NCBI GenBank assembly: GCA_965200895.1
Contig: CBDAVM010000002.1
Location: 415,077-479,076, forward strand
DNA: 64,000 nucleotides
Source of the DNA: Vicinamibacterales bacterium
Lineage (GTDB): Bacteria; Acidobacteriota; Vicinamibacteria; Vicinamibacterales; UBA8438
Direction of reading: 5' to 3'
Shown in pieces: positions 9,319-17,997 of this stretch. The notes beneath the pieces are model-generated. The model was not told the origin of the DNA. It did no database searches and worked only from the letters and a program-made list of their open reading frames with translations. The position numbers were made by a program, and so were the translations under genes. Every line of letters begins with the position of its first letter. The first letter of the stretch is position 1.

Positions 9319-10635
9319 CTATTCGAGGGCCTCGTAGACCAGGGTCTGGAACTCCCGCTCGATGTCGTAGGCTGCGAACTGGCCGAACTGCATCCAGACC
9401 ATGCCGACGAGCTCGGCCGCCGGATCGATCCAGAAGTAGGTGTTGGCGGCGCCGGCCCAGCGGAACGCGCCGTCGTTGTCCGGCTCCGGGCTGGCGTCGG
9501 CGTCGACGACCACTGCGAAGCCGAGGCCGAAGCCGTGACCCGGGCTCAGGTAGTCGCCGAGCCGGATCGGCGTCAACGCGTCCGGCAGGCGGTTCGAGCG
9601 CATCGCCCGGACGGTCTCCGCCGCCAGGATGCGCACGCCGTCGAGTTCACCGTCCTGCAGCAGCATCTGTGCGAAGCGGACGTAGTCCGAGGCGGTCGAG
9701 GTCAGCCCGCCGCCGCCGGACAGCCAGGGCGGGGCCTCGGTGTATTCCCCGTCCACCGGCGAGTCGACGACCTGCAGGACGCCGTCCGGACGGTCGTGGT
9801 TGGCGGTGAAGCGCTCGCGCTTGTCGTCCGGGACGACGAAGCCCGTGTCGGTCATGCCGAGCGGGTCGAAGATGCGCTGCTGCAGGAAGGCGTCGAACGG
9901 CTGGCCGGAGGCGACCTCGACCACCCGCCCGAGGATGTCCGTCGACACGCTGTAGTTCCACCGCTCGCCGGGGCTGGCCAGCAGCGGCAGCGTCGCGACC
10001 TGCTCGGCGAAGTCGTCGAGGCCCTCCGCGCTGAAGAAGAAACCCGACTGGTTGTAGATCCGGTCCACCTGCGAGTTGCCGAAGAAGCCGTAGCTGAGAC
10101 CGGACGTATGGGTCAGCAGGTGCTCGACGGTCATCGGCCGGGCCGGGGCGGCGCGCTGGCCGTCGTCCGCGAGCACCGTCACGTCGGCGAACGCGGGGAT
10201 GAACTTCGAGACCGGATCGTCGAGCGCGAGCGCCCCTTCATCGACCAGCGTCATGGCGGCGACGCTGGTGATCGGTTTTGTCATCGAGTAGATGCGGAAG
10301 ATGTCGTCCGGCTCCAGCGGGTCTTCGGTGTCGATGGCGCGCCGGCCGGCGGCCTTCCAGTGGACGACCTGTCCGCGGCGGGCCACCATCGTCATCACCC
10401 CGGCCAGCCGGCCGTCGTCGACGTAGGCCCCGACGGCGGGGCCGATACGGGCCAGACGCTCCGCCGACATGCCGGCGCTCTCGGGGCTGGCCACGGGCAG
10501 GCCGGCATCGGCGGCGAGGAACCCGGCTTCCCCGGAGAAACGCATCGCGCTTCCCGATTCGACGGTCGTCCGGACGCCGGCGAAGATCGCGAGGACGATG
10601 AGCAGGGCGGTGAGGGATGCGGATCGGCGGATCAT
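9319..10635 (-). CDS. serine hydrolase, class C beta-lactamase-related family (paralogue of 7833..9140)
   Basis: C-terminal 438 codons of ORF 9319..11325(-). ATG at 10635 is preceded by GAGGAG. Signal MIRRSASLTALLIVLAIFAG. SxxK motif FRIYSMTKP; SGGGGLTSTASDY. Confidence 0.85.
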   Translation of the reverse strand: MIRRSASLTALLIVLAIFAGVRTTVESGSAMRFSGEAGFLAADAGLPVASPESAGMSAERLARIGPAVGAYVDDGRLAGVMTMVARRGQVVHWKAAGRRAIDTEDPLEPDDIFRIYSMTKPITSVAAMTLVDEGALALDDPVSKFIPAFADVTVLADDGQRAAPARPMTVEHLLTHTSGLSYGFFGNSQVDRIYNQSGFFFSAEGLDDFAEQVATLPLLASPGERWNYSVSTDILGRVVEVASGQPFDAFLQQRIFDPLGMTDTGFVVPDDKRERFTANHDRPDGVLQVVDSPVDGEYTEAPPWLSGGGGLTSTASDYVRFAQMLLQDGELDGVRILAAETVRAMRSNRLPDALTPIRLGDYLSPGHGFGLGFAVVVDADASPEPDNDGAFRWAGAANTYFWIDPAAELVGMVWMQFGQFAAYDIEREFQTLVYEALE

Positions 10636-10902
10636 GACGGAGTCTCCTCGAGCTGATCGGTTGTCGGTGCGGGACGCGCTGGCGTCAGCCATCGACGCGC
10701 AGAACACGCGGTCCCTGGGCCTCGGGCTGGTCGGTTGGCGGCAGCGGCACGCGCTGGCGCCTCCTCCGATGGTAATCGAACCGCGACGCAAGCGGACAGG
10801 CGAGCGAATGCGTTCTCCGGCGCGGCGCGCCGACGTGCGATAGGGGCGTGCGGCGGTTCCCGCCGCGCGGTTCATCGTTGGATTTGTGACTGGAGGAGAC
10901 CG

Positions 10903-11409
10903 ATGAGACGACTGGTGCTCACCCTGTGCGCGTTGTCGCTGGCCGTGGCGTTCCCGGCCGCGCAGTCGGCCGAGGACGAGATGAACCGGGCCTTGATGGC
11001 CGCGCCGCCCGCGCTGCGGGCCAATGCGATGGTGATCAAGCTCGACTCCGGCGGCGACTACACGGTGCTCCGCGAGGGCTCGAACGACCTCGTCTGCTGG
11101 GACCGCTCGGACGAGCCGGGGCGCGGGTTCAGCGTGCAGTGCACGAGCGTGGCGAATCTGGCCCGCATCCAGCAGAACCGCGCGTTCAACATGTCCGGCG
11201 GGACCGCCGAGGAGATCCGGGCGCTGCGGGAAGAGGCCGAGGCGGACGGCACCCGCGAAGTCTCCGCCTTCGGCAGCGTCTACTACACGCTGAACGGCGC
11301 CGACGCCGAGTCGGCGAGCATGCACATCACCATTGCCGTTCCGTTCGCCACCGGCGAGTCGCTCGGCTACCCCGACCGGGCAGCTACACGCGGGCCGGCT
11401 CCTGGGTGA
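10903..11409 (+). CDS. hypothetical secreted protein (3' end uncertain, possible frameshift to stop at 11456)
   Basis: Met 57 of ORF 10735..11409. GGAGGAG lies upstream. Signal peptide MRRLVLTLCALSLAVAFPAAQSAE. No family recognised. Confidence 0.55.
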   Translation: MRRLVLTLCALSLAVAFPAAQSAEDEMNRALMAAPPALRANAMVIKLDSGGDYTVLREGSNDLVCWDRSDEPGRGFSVQCTSVANLARIQQNRAFNMSGGTAEEIRALREEAEADGTREVSAFGSVYYTLNGADAESASMHITIAVPFATGESLGYPDRAATRGPAPG

Positions 11410-11782
11410 TGGAGGTCGGCACCTCGTCGGCGCACATCATGATTCCGGGCCGCTGATCCCGCGGCGCGGGCAGGCTCCGCAGCGCCGTGTCGAGGATGCG
11501 ATCCGCATTCCGTCAGTGCTGATCCGCGCGCTTGGCCCGGCAGGCTCCGCAGGGCTCGACGGCAGTGCGCGCCGCAGGCTGCCGGGTGGGCGGCGCCGGC
11601 GCGAGAGCGGTGCGGCTCGGCGGCGTGGTCGCCGGGCATTGACAACCGGCGCCGGGTGGCCGACGATAGAGGGATATTCCGCGCCACCGGCGCGGCGGCG
11701 GCCGGCGGGTCTGGGCGACGCTGGCGGCCGGGCGGGTTGGGACCCGCCGTGGTAGGGTGCGCCCAAGCAAGGAGGTGATCCA

Positions 11783-11827
11783 GTGGACGACCATAGTACG
11801 GGCTCTGCGGAGGTGGCGTCCTCGTAG
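11783..11827 (+). other. candidate 14-codon sORF (MDDHSTGSAEVASS) behind a 13-nt perfect anti-16S-3'-end complement
   Basis: AAGGAGGTGATCC at 11769..11781, GTG at 11783, TAG at 11825. Lies in a 750-bp gene-free gap. Confidence 0.25.
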
Positions 11828-11906
11828 GGACCTCCCGCACTCCGACGGGTGGCGGGAGCCCCGCTGACGGGGAATCCCAACGCCACCATCGCAGGCCAAC
11901 CTGGAG

Positions 11907-11943
11907 GGGCTCCGATCCGGACGGGTCGGGGCCCTTCTTCTGT
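11907..11943 (+). terminator. intrinsic-terminator-like hairpin with U-rich tail
   Basis: GGGCTCCGA-(10 nt loop)-TCGGGGCCC forms 9 bp including one G-U pair, followed by TTCTTCTGT. Confidence 0.45.
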
Positions 11944-12215
11944 ACGACACCGCACGAGGTCGGATCACATGCGTGCCGGAGGCGCTGGCAGGCGAACGCA
12001 CCCGCCGCCTAGCGATGCCTCAGCCGAGCAGGCGCAGGATGGCGACCACGGCCCCGATATGGCGCTCGCCTGCAACGGCATCGCGCGGTAGATGTCGCCG
12101 CGCAGGGTGGAGATGGCCGCGTGCAGCGGCGCGCGCCGCGCCGGCATGCGATGATGGGGCGATTCCTCCGGAGCCGCGCGGTTCCGGCCCGGCCGAGATA
12201 CAGGGAGGTCGATCG

Positions 12216-13556
12216 ATGAAGCGAATGGTGTTCACACCGGCTGTCCTGGTGACGATGGCGGCCCTCGCGCTGGCGCAGCCGGCCGCGGCCAGCGACAACT
12301 GGCCCCACTTCCGCGGGCCGACCATGAACGCCGCGGTGACGGACAACCCGGACCTGCCTGAGACCTGGAGCCGGACGGAGAACGTCGAGTGGGTGACCGA
12401 CATCCCCGGACTCGGCTGGTCGAGCCCGGTGGTCTGGGGCAGTCGGGTCTTCCTGACCACGGTCACCGCAGTGGGCGACTTCGAGCAGCCGAAACCCGGC
12501 CTCTATGCCCCCCGCGGGCGTCCCGAGCCGGTGCCGCTGGAGCACGACTGGCGGGTCTACTGTCTGGATCTCGGGACCGGCGCCGTCCTGTGGGAGCACT
12601 CGGTGCGGCAGGGCCGGCCCGATTTTCCCCGCCACATGAAGAACACGTACGCGTCGGAGACCCCGACCACGGACGGCGAGCGCGTCTACGTCCGGTTCGG
12701 TGATCTGGGCCTCTACGCCTTCGACATGGAGGGCAACGAGGTCTGGAGCGTCCTGATCCCGGACCGGCGCACGCGCTCCGAGTGGGGCTCGGCCTCGTCG
12801 CCGGTGGTGTACGACGACAAGGTGATCCTCCTCTACGACAACGAGGAGGAGTCGTGGCTGGCCGCCCTCGACAAGCGCACCGGCGAGGAACTGTGGCGGA
12901 CGCCGCGTGACGAGGTGTCGTCCTGGGCCACCCCCTATGTGTGGGAGAACGATCTGCGCACCGAGATCGTGACCTCCGGCGTCAACCGCATCCGCTCCTA
13001 CGACCTCGACGGACGACTGCTGTGGGAGATGGACGGCCGGATGTCATGGGCGGCCATCGCGACACCCTTCTCCGCCCACGGTCTGGTCTTCGTCAACTCC
13101 GGCTACTTCCGCGACGAGCACCGCCCGGCCTACGCCATCCGTCCCGGCGCGAGCGGCGACATCACCCTTGCCGAAGGCGAGGAGTCGAATGCGCATGTCG
13201 CCTGGTACCAGCCGCGGGCCGGCAACTACAACACCTCGCCGCTCATCTACGGCGACATCTACTACAGCCTGCTCGACCGCGGCTTCTTCGAAGCCTACGA
13301 CGCCCGCACCGGCGAGCCGATCTACGGCCGCCAGCGGATCCGCGTGGGGGCCAGCTTCACCTCGTCGCCGTGGGCCTACAACGGCAAGGTCTTCGCGCTC
13401 AGCGAGCAGGGCGACACCTACGTCATCCGCGCCGGCCGCGAGTACGAGGTGATCGGCGTCAACAGCCTGGACGAGATGGCGATGGCGTCGCCGGCCATCG
13501 TCGGCGACCGGCTGCTGATCCGCACGAGCTCGAAGCTCTACAGCATCCGCAAGTGA
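12216..13556 (+). CDS. PQQ-like beta-propeller repeat protein (BamB-like, secreted)
   Basis: Met 82 of ORF 11973..13556, GGGAGG upstream. Signal MKRMVFTPAVLVTMAALALAQPAAA. Repeated blades of the type 'W....G....SSPVV.G.RVF'. Confidence 0.8.
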   Translation: MKRMVFTPAVLVTMAALALAQPAAASDNWPHFRGPTMNAAVTDNPDLPETWSRTENVEWVTDIPGLGWSSPVVWGSRVFLTTVTAVGDFEQPKPGLYAPRGRPEPVPLEHDWRVYCLDLGTGAVLWEHSVRQGRPDFPRHMKNTYASETPTTDGERVYVRFGDLGLYAFDMEGNEVWSVLIPDRRTRSEWGSASSPVVYDDKVILLYDNEEESWLAALDKRTGEELWRTPRDEVSSWATPYVWENDLRTEIVTSGVNRIRSYDLDGRLLWEMDGRMSWAAIATPFSAHGLVFVNSGYFRDEHRPAYAIRPGASGDITLAEGEESNAHVAWYQPRAGNYNTSPLIYGDIYYSLLDRGFFEAYDARTGEPIYGRQRIRVGASFTSSPWAYNGKVFALSEQGDTYVIRAGREYEVIGVNSLDEMAMASPAIVGDRLLIRTSSKLYSIRK

Positions 13557-13586
13557 CAACGGTGCGGGGTAGTGCGCGGTATCGCC

Positions 13587-13612
13587 GGCGGCCGGCTTGT
13601 GAGCCGGCCGCC
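13587..13612 (+). terminator. 11-bp perfect stem-loop downstream of 12216..13556 (no clear U-tract)
   Basis: GGCGGCCGGCT-TGTG-AGCCGGCCGCC, 30 nt after the stop codon. Confidence 0.35.
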
Positions 13613-13758
13613 GGCCCAGGATGAAACGGCGCGCGTTTCTTCCTCCGAAAGCCCGACAAGGCACGGGACACACTTCACCTCTTTCCGGCCCGGCGACTTC
13701 TCATCGGGCCGGCTGTCCCGGTGTGTGAGACAGGCGTCGGTCCGCCCGGTGCGCGCGC

Positions 13759-13911
13759 TTACCCCTTCGCTCGCGCTTCTTCCGTGCGCGCTCCGACCCG
13801 CGGCACCGTGGCCCGCACCGCCTCAAGGCCCGCCGCCCGCGGCTCGACCACGTGCAGGTCATCGACGGGCAGCGATTCGGTGTCCACGGTATCGACGCCA
13901 TTGCTTGTCAT
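13759..13911 (-). CDS. candidate 50-aa small acidic protein
   Basis: ATG at 13911 lies 6 nt after GGAGGG. MTSNGVDTVDTESLPVDDLHVVEPRAAGLEAVRATVPRVGARTEEARAKG. It is the 3' part of track ORF 13759..14184(-). No homology recognised. Confidence 0.3.
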   Translation of the reverse strand: MTSNGVDTVDTESLPVDDLHVVEPRAAGLEAVRATVPRVGARTEEARAKG

Positions 13912-14265
13912 CGGGTACCCTCCTGGATGGCGGAAGCGGGAGGGCCGACCCGGTGCAGGAAACACCCGCGAGGCGGGGTTCGATCTGCTGCTCGTCCACG
14001 GTTTTCGGCCGGGACGGTTCGGGGCTCGATGCCGGGCGCGGCGGCGTCCGTTTGGACAACGGGGAAAGGTCCATCCTGCCCCGAGAAAAGCTGCGACGAC
14101 TGTTCCCGCTTCCGCCTCTTGAGGATGCCAGACGCGCGGGCAGACCGCCACGAGCTGATACTTCGGTGGCTGCAAGCCGCCCACGTTTCATGACGTCGGG
14201 GTGAGCGGCACCCCCGATCATGACGGTTTGGTAGTGTCCCATCTGTTCGCCGAGGAGGAACGGTC

Positions 14266-15273
14266 ATGACGCCGAGCCGGAGAGAGTTCCTGAAGCGCGC
14301 GGGGGTCGCGGTGGCGGTGGCGGGCGGTTCGGTGCGGTCCGGCGGCGTTGGCGCGCAGTCGCCGGGCGGTGTCGCGCCGGCCGTGCTGCGTGCGGTCGAG
14401 ACCGACGTGCTGGAGATCGGCTACGAGGAGAGCGGCGACCCGGCCGGCTTTCCGATCGTCCTCCTGCACGGGTTCCCCTACGACGTGCGGGCGTGGGACG
14501 GCGTCGTGCCGCCGCTGGCCGAGGCGGGCTACCGGGTGCTGGTTCCCTACCTGCGCGGTTACGGCGCGACGCGCTTCCGCGATCCTGACGCGCCGCGGAT
14601 GGCGGAGCAGGCGGCGATAGCCCGGGACGTTTCCGACTTCGCCGATGCCCTTGGCCTGGAGCGGATGGCGCTGGCCGGTTTCGACTGGGGCAACCGCGCC
14701 GCCTGCATCACGTCCATCCTGCATCCGGAACGGGTGCGCGCGCAGGTCGCCGTCGGCGGCTATTCCGTGCAGGACACGGTGTCGCCGTCGGCGCCGTCGC
14801 CGTCGGCGGCGGCCGAGGCGCGCCTGTGGTACCAGTGGTATTTCAACACCGAGCGGGGCAGGGCCGGCCTGGAGGCGAACCGTCACGCCATCGTGCGCTA
14901 CCTCTGGGAAACGTGGTCGCCGACCTGGGAGTACACCGACGAGGCGTACAACCGTTCCGCGCCGGCGTTCGACAATCCGGACTTCGTCGACGTGGTGATC
15001 CACTCCTACCGCCACCGCCACGGCTATGCGGCGGGGGAGGAGCGTTTCCTCGACGTCGAGCGACGCCTCGCCGAACGGCCGCCCATCACCGTGCCCGCCA
15101 TCGTGCTGCGCGGCAACGACAGCGGCTTCGGCCGACCGTCGGCCGATCCGACGGGCGACCAGCGTCGGTTCACCAACCTCGTCGCGCGCCGGATCGTGGA
15201 AGGGGCCGGACACGACCTGGCGCCGCAGCGGCCGGACGCGGTGTCCTCGGCGCTGCTCGAGCTGCTCGCGTAG
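14266..15273 (+). CDS. alpha/beta-hydrolase (epoxide-hydrolase/haloalkane-dehalogenase-like) with Tat signal
   Basis: ORF 14266..15273. Twin-arginine signal SRREFLKRAGVAV. Motifs: LLHGFPYD, GYRVLVPYLRGYG, nucleophile region LAGFDWG. Confidence 0.85.
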   Translation: MTPSRREFLKRAGVAVAVAGGSVRSGGVGAQSPGGVAPAVLRAVETDVLEIGYEESGDPAGFPIVLLHGFPYDVRAWDGVVPPLAEAGYRVLVPYLRGYGATRFRDPDAPRMAEQAAIARDVSDFADALGLERMALAGFDWGNRAACITSILHPERVRAQVAVGGYSVQDTVSPSAPSPSAAAEARLWYQWYFNTERGRAGLEANRHAIVRYLWETWSPTWEYTDEAYNRSAPAFDNPDFVDVVIHSYRHRHGYAAGEERFLDVERRLAERPPITVPAIVLRGNDSGFGRPSADPTGDQRRFTNLVARRIVEGAGHDLAPQRPDAVSSALLELLA

Positions 15274-15591
15274 GCCGGCGAGCGTCGGGGAGCGCCCGGC
15301 CGTGGCAGTTGCTTCGTGATCGGCGGCGAGCGGTGATGCAACTCCGTGTCGCTCGGCCGTGTGTGCCTCTCGGAGCCCTCGGCGGTGTCCGTGATCGGCG
15401 ACGCGCGGCGACGCGACTCCAGGCCGGGGCGTAACAGGACGAGGGGGAGGTGTTTCCCGGCGCGCCGCTATCCGGTTACGGGACCAGGTCGCGCTGGCGG
15501 CGCGCGTCTCCCGGCGCTCCGCCAGCCGGCTGCGTCACCACGGGTCAGGCTATACTCGCGCCTGTCACGAAACCTGGAAGGAGGCTTTCAC

Positions 15592-16176
15592 ATGAAGTGC
15601 GCATCATTCGTTGTTCTCGGTCTGCTGGCCATCGGGGTTGCCGGTTTCCATTCGCCCGGCGTTTCCGCCCAGGAGGACTTCACGGCGCTGTTCGACGGAT
15701 CCGACCTCGACGCGTTCAATCCCATCGGCGACGCCAACTGGGAGATCGTCGGCGACGTCGTGCAGGCCGACAGCGGCAGTGGCTTCCTCGTGACGAAGGA
15801 GTCGTACACCGACTTCCACCTGACGCTGGACTTCTGGGTGGACGAGCCGGCCAACAGCGGCATCTTCGTCCGCTGCGCCGATCCGACGGCCGTCAACGAC
15901 CGCAACTCGTACGAAGTGAACATCTACGACACGCGCGCCGATCAGACCTACCGGACCGGCGGCATCGTCCACATTGCGGCGCCGAGCAGCGTGGTCATGA
16001 CCGGCGGCCGCTGGAACAGCTACGACATCCGCGTGGAAGGCTCGCGGATCCTGGTGACGCTGAACGGGCTGCACATGGTCGATGTCGAGGATACGCAGTT
16101 CGCCGACGGTCCCATCGCCCTGCAGTACGGCCTGGGCGTGGTGAAGTTCCGCAACGTCCGGGTCCGGGAGCTGTAG
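15592..16176 (+). CDS. DUF1080 (3-keto-disaccharide hydrolase-like) domain protein, secreted
   Basis: Met 83 of ORF 15346..16176. Signal MKCASFVVLGLLAIGVAG. Motifs: F.ALFDGSDLDAF, NSGIFVR, YEVNIYD, GPIALQ..G.VKFRNVRV. Confidence 0.8.
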   Translation: MKCASFVVLGLLAIGVAGFHSPGVSAQEDFTALFDGSDLDAFNPIGDANWEIVGDVVQADSGSGFLVTKESYTDFHLTLDFWVDEPANSGIFVRCADPTAVNDRNSYEVNIYDTRADQTYRTGGIVHIAAPSSVVMTGGRWNSYDIRVEGSRILVTLNGLHMVDVEDTQFADGPIALQYGLGVVKFRNVRVREL

Positions 16177-16233
16177 GCGGCAGCCGGTCGCTGCCGGCCG
16201 CGCTCCGAGGCTGCGCGGCCGGCAGAAACAGCG

Positions 16234-16698
16234 GTGTTCGCCAGGACGAAGCGTGCCATGGGGAGATCGGCGCCGCCGCTGTTCGAGAGATTTCGCCGCC
16301 GGGCCGGGAAGCTGGTCGCCCGGCCGGACAAACTCGTCGGCCTGGTCACGCAGGCCCTGAACAAGGCGAGCCGTCTCGGCCATCGTCCGGCGCGACTCTA
16401 CGGGGTCCGGGAGGATCTGAAGACCCTCATCGATCTCCTGCGCGGCTGGTGTCGCGGGGACTACCGGGACATTCCGATCGACTCGATCGTGCTCATTGCC
16501 GCAGCCGTGCTGTACTTCGTTGTTCCGTTCGATCTGGTATTCGACGGCGTCCCCGGGCTCGGCCTTATCGACGACGCTACCGTGCTCGCCTACGCCATCG
16601 GTTGCGTGCGTGATGAGATCGAGGCCTTCAGACGGTGGGCCAACAGCAACCCGGACGATGCACCGGCAGCAGGACGGTCCGGCTCGTGCAGGAGGTGA
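16234..16698 (+). CDS. DUF1232 (YkvA-like) membrane protein
   Basis: ORF 16234..16698. Motif AAAVLYFVVPFDLVFDGVPGLGLIDDATVLAYAI is typical of the DUF1232 core. Confidence 0.7.
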   Translation: MFARTKRAMGRSAPPLFERFRRRAGKLVARPDKLVGLVTQALNKASRLGHRPARLYGVREDLKTLIDLLRGWCRGDYRDIPIDSIVLIAAAVLYFVVPFDLVFDGVPGLGLIDDATVLAYAIGCVRDEIEAFRRWANSNPDDAPAAGRSGSCRR

Positions 16699-16701
16699 AC
16701 G

Positions 16702-17739
16702 ATGAGCAGGCGGCAGACGCGGCATCACATGTACGTCGCGCTCCAGGATGACAACAGGATCTCCATCTTCACGATGCATCCGTCCACCGGCGCCTTGAGC
16801 TGGCAGGAGGACGTGGAGATCGAGGGCGGGCCGGCGCCGCTGGCGCTGTCGCCGGACAAGCGCGTGCTCTACGTGGGCCGGCGCGGGAGCCAGGAGATCG
16901 CCAGCTACCGCGTCGATCAGCAGACCGGCAGTCTGTCGTTCCTCGGTGCGACGCCGCTGCAGGGCGAGCCGGTCTACGTGGCGACCGACCGGACGGGGCG
17001 GTTCGTGCTCTCCGCCTACTATTACCAGAGCACGGCCGCGGTGCATGCGGTGAACGACGACGGGGTGGCCGCGTTTCCGCCCGTCGAGTGGCGCTTCACG
17101 GCGCACGGGGCGCATGCGATCCTGACGGACCGCTCGAACCGCTTCGCCTACGTGCCGCACATCGCCAACCGGGGACCGAACCGGATCTACCAGTTTCACT
17201 TCGACGAGCAGACGGGCCGGCTGACGCCGAACGACCCGCCGTTCCACGGTCCGGAGGAGTACCTGGGGCCGCGGGCGCTGGCGTTCCACCCGTTCCTCGA
17301 CGTGGTCTACTTCTCGGACGAGCAGGGGAGCAGCGTGACGGCGTACGCCATCGACCCGGAGAAGGGGACGCTGTCGCCGCTGCAGACCATTCCGACGCTG
17401 CCGGCGGGCTACGAAGGGAACAACACCTGCTCGCAGATCCGGATCTCGTCCACCGGCGAGTTCCTGTTCGCGCCCAACCGGGGCCACAACAGCATCGCGA
17501 GCTTCCGCGTGGACGACACCACCGGCCGGCTGACGGCGGCCGGCCGGGTGGGGACCGAACCGGTGCCGCGTGCGTTCGGCCTGGATCCGGACGGGCGCTT
17601 CCTGTTCGCGGCCGGCCAGCAGTCGGGCCGGCTCGCGTCCTACCGCGTGGATCACGAGAGCGGCGATCTGACCCCTCTCGAAACCTACGAGGTGGGCAAC
17701 AACCCGATGTGGGTGCTGATGACCACGCTGGACGGCTAG
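16702..17739 (+). CDS. lactonase, 7-bladed beta-propeller (6-phosphogluconolactonase-like) family
   Basis: ORF 16702..17739. Repeated 'P..LA.SPD.R.LYV', PNRGHNSIASFRVD, TGRLT..G. Collinear with the Pgl/YbhE type. Confidence 0.85.
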   Translation: MSRRQTRHHMYVALQDDNRISIFTMHPSTGALSWQEDVEIEGGPAPLALSPDKRVLYVGRRGSQEIASYRVDQQTGSLSFLGATPLQGEPVYVATDRTGRFVLSAYYYQSTAAVHAVNDDGVAAFPPVEWRFTAHGAHAILTDRSNRFAYVPHIANRGPNRIYQFHFDEQTGRLTPNDPPFHGPEEYLGPRALAFHPFLDVVYFSDEQGSSVTAYAIDPEKGTLSPLQTIPTLPAGYEGNNTCSQIRISSTGEFLFAPNRGHNSIASFRVDDTTGRLTAAGRVGTEPVPRAFGLDPDGRFLFAAGQQSGRLASYRVDHESGDLTPLETYEVGNNPMWVLMTTLDG

Positions 17740-17997
17740 GAGTCTGCGCCACGGGAACGGTGCAGGCTCCTGGTCAGGCCCGGTTGGGCGGCAATCGGAG
17801 CCGCAGGCGACGATTGTCGGGCCAGGAGCTTGCGCCGCGGAACGCAGCGAAAGCGAAGTGCCGAGGCGCAAGGTCATGGAACGGGGGATGCGCCGGAATG
17901 CCGGGCCCGCGAGGGCGTTTCGGGGCGCTGGTCATTGCCAGTCCTGCCCGTCGTGCGGGGACGGGCGCAGAGTGCACGCAGGAAGGTGGAGAAGCAG

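Noticed and set aside
11783-11827. The 14-codon sORF as a PqqA-like precursor for the many PQQ enzymes
   Set aside because: PqqA peptides carry a conserved Glu-X3-Tyr. MDDHSTGSAEVASS has no tyrosine, and no pqqB-E genes follow.
11460-12215. The long intergenic region as a known riboswitch, RNase P RNA, tmRNA, SRP RNA or 6S RNA
   Set aside because: I found none of the hallmark sequences: no GGAAAGUCCGG-type P4 region, no tRNA-like tmRNA ends, no B12 box, and no TPP, SAM or glycine consensus. It is reported only as an unclassified leader-like unit.
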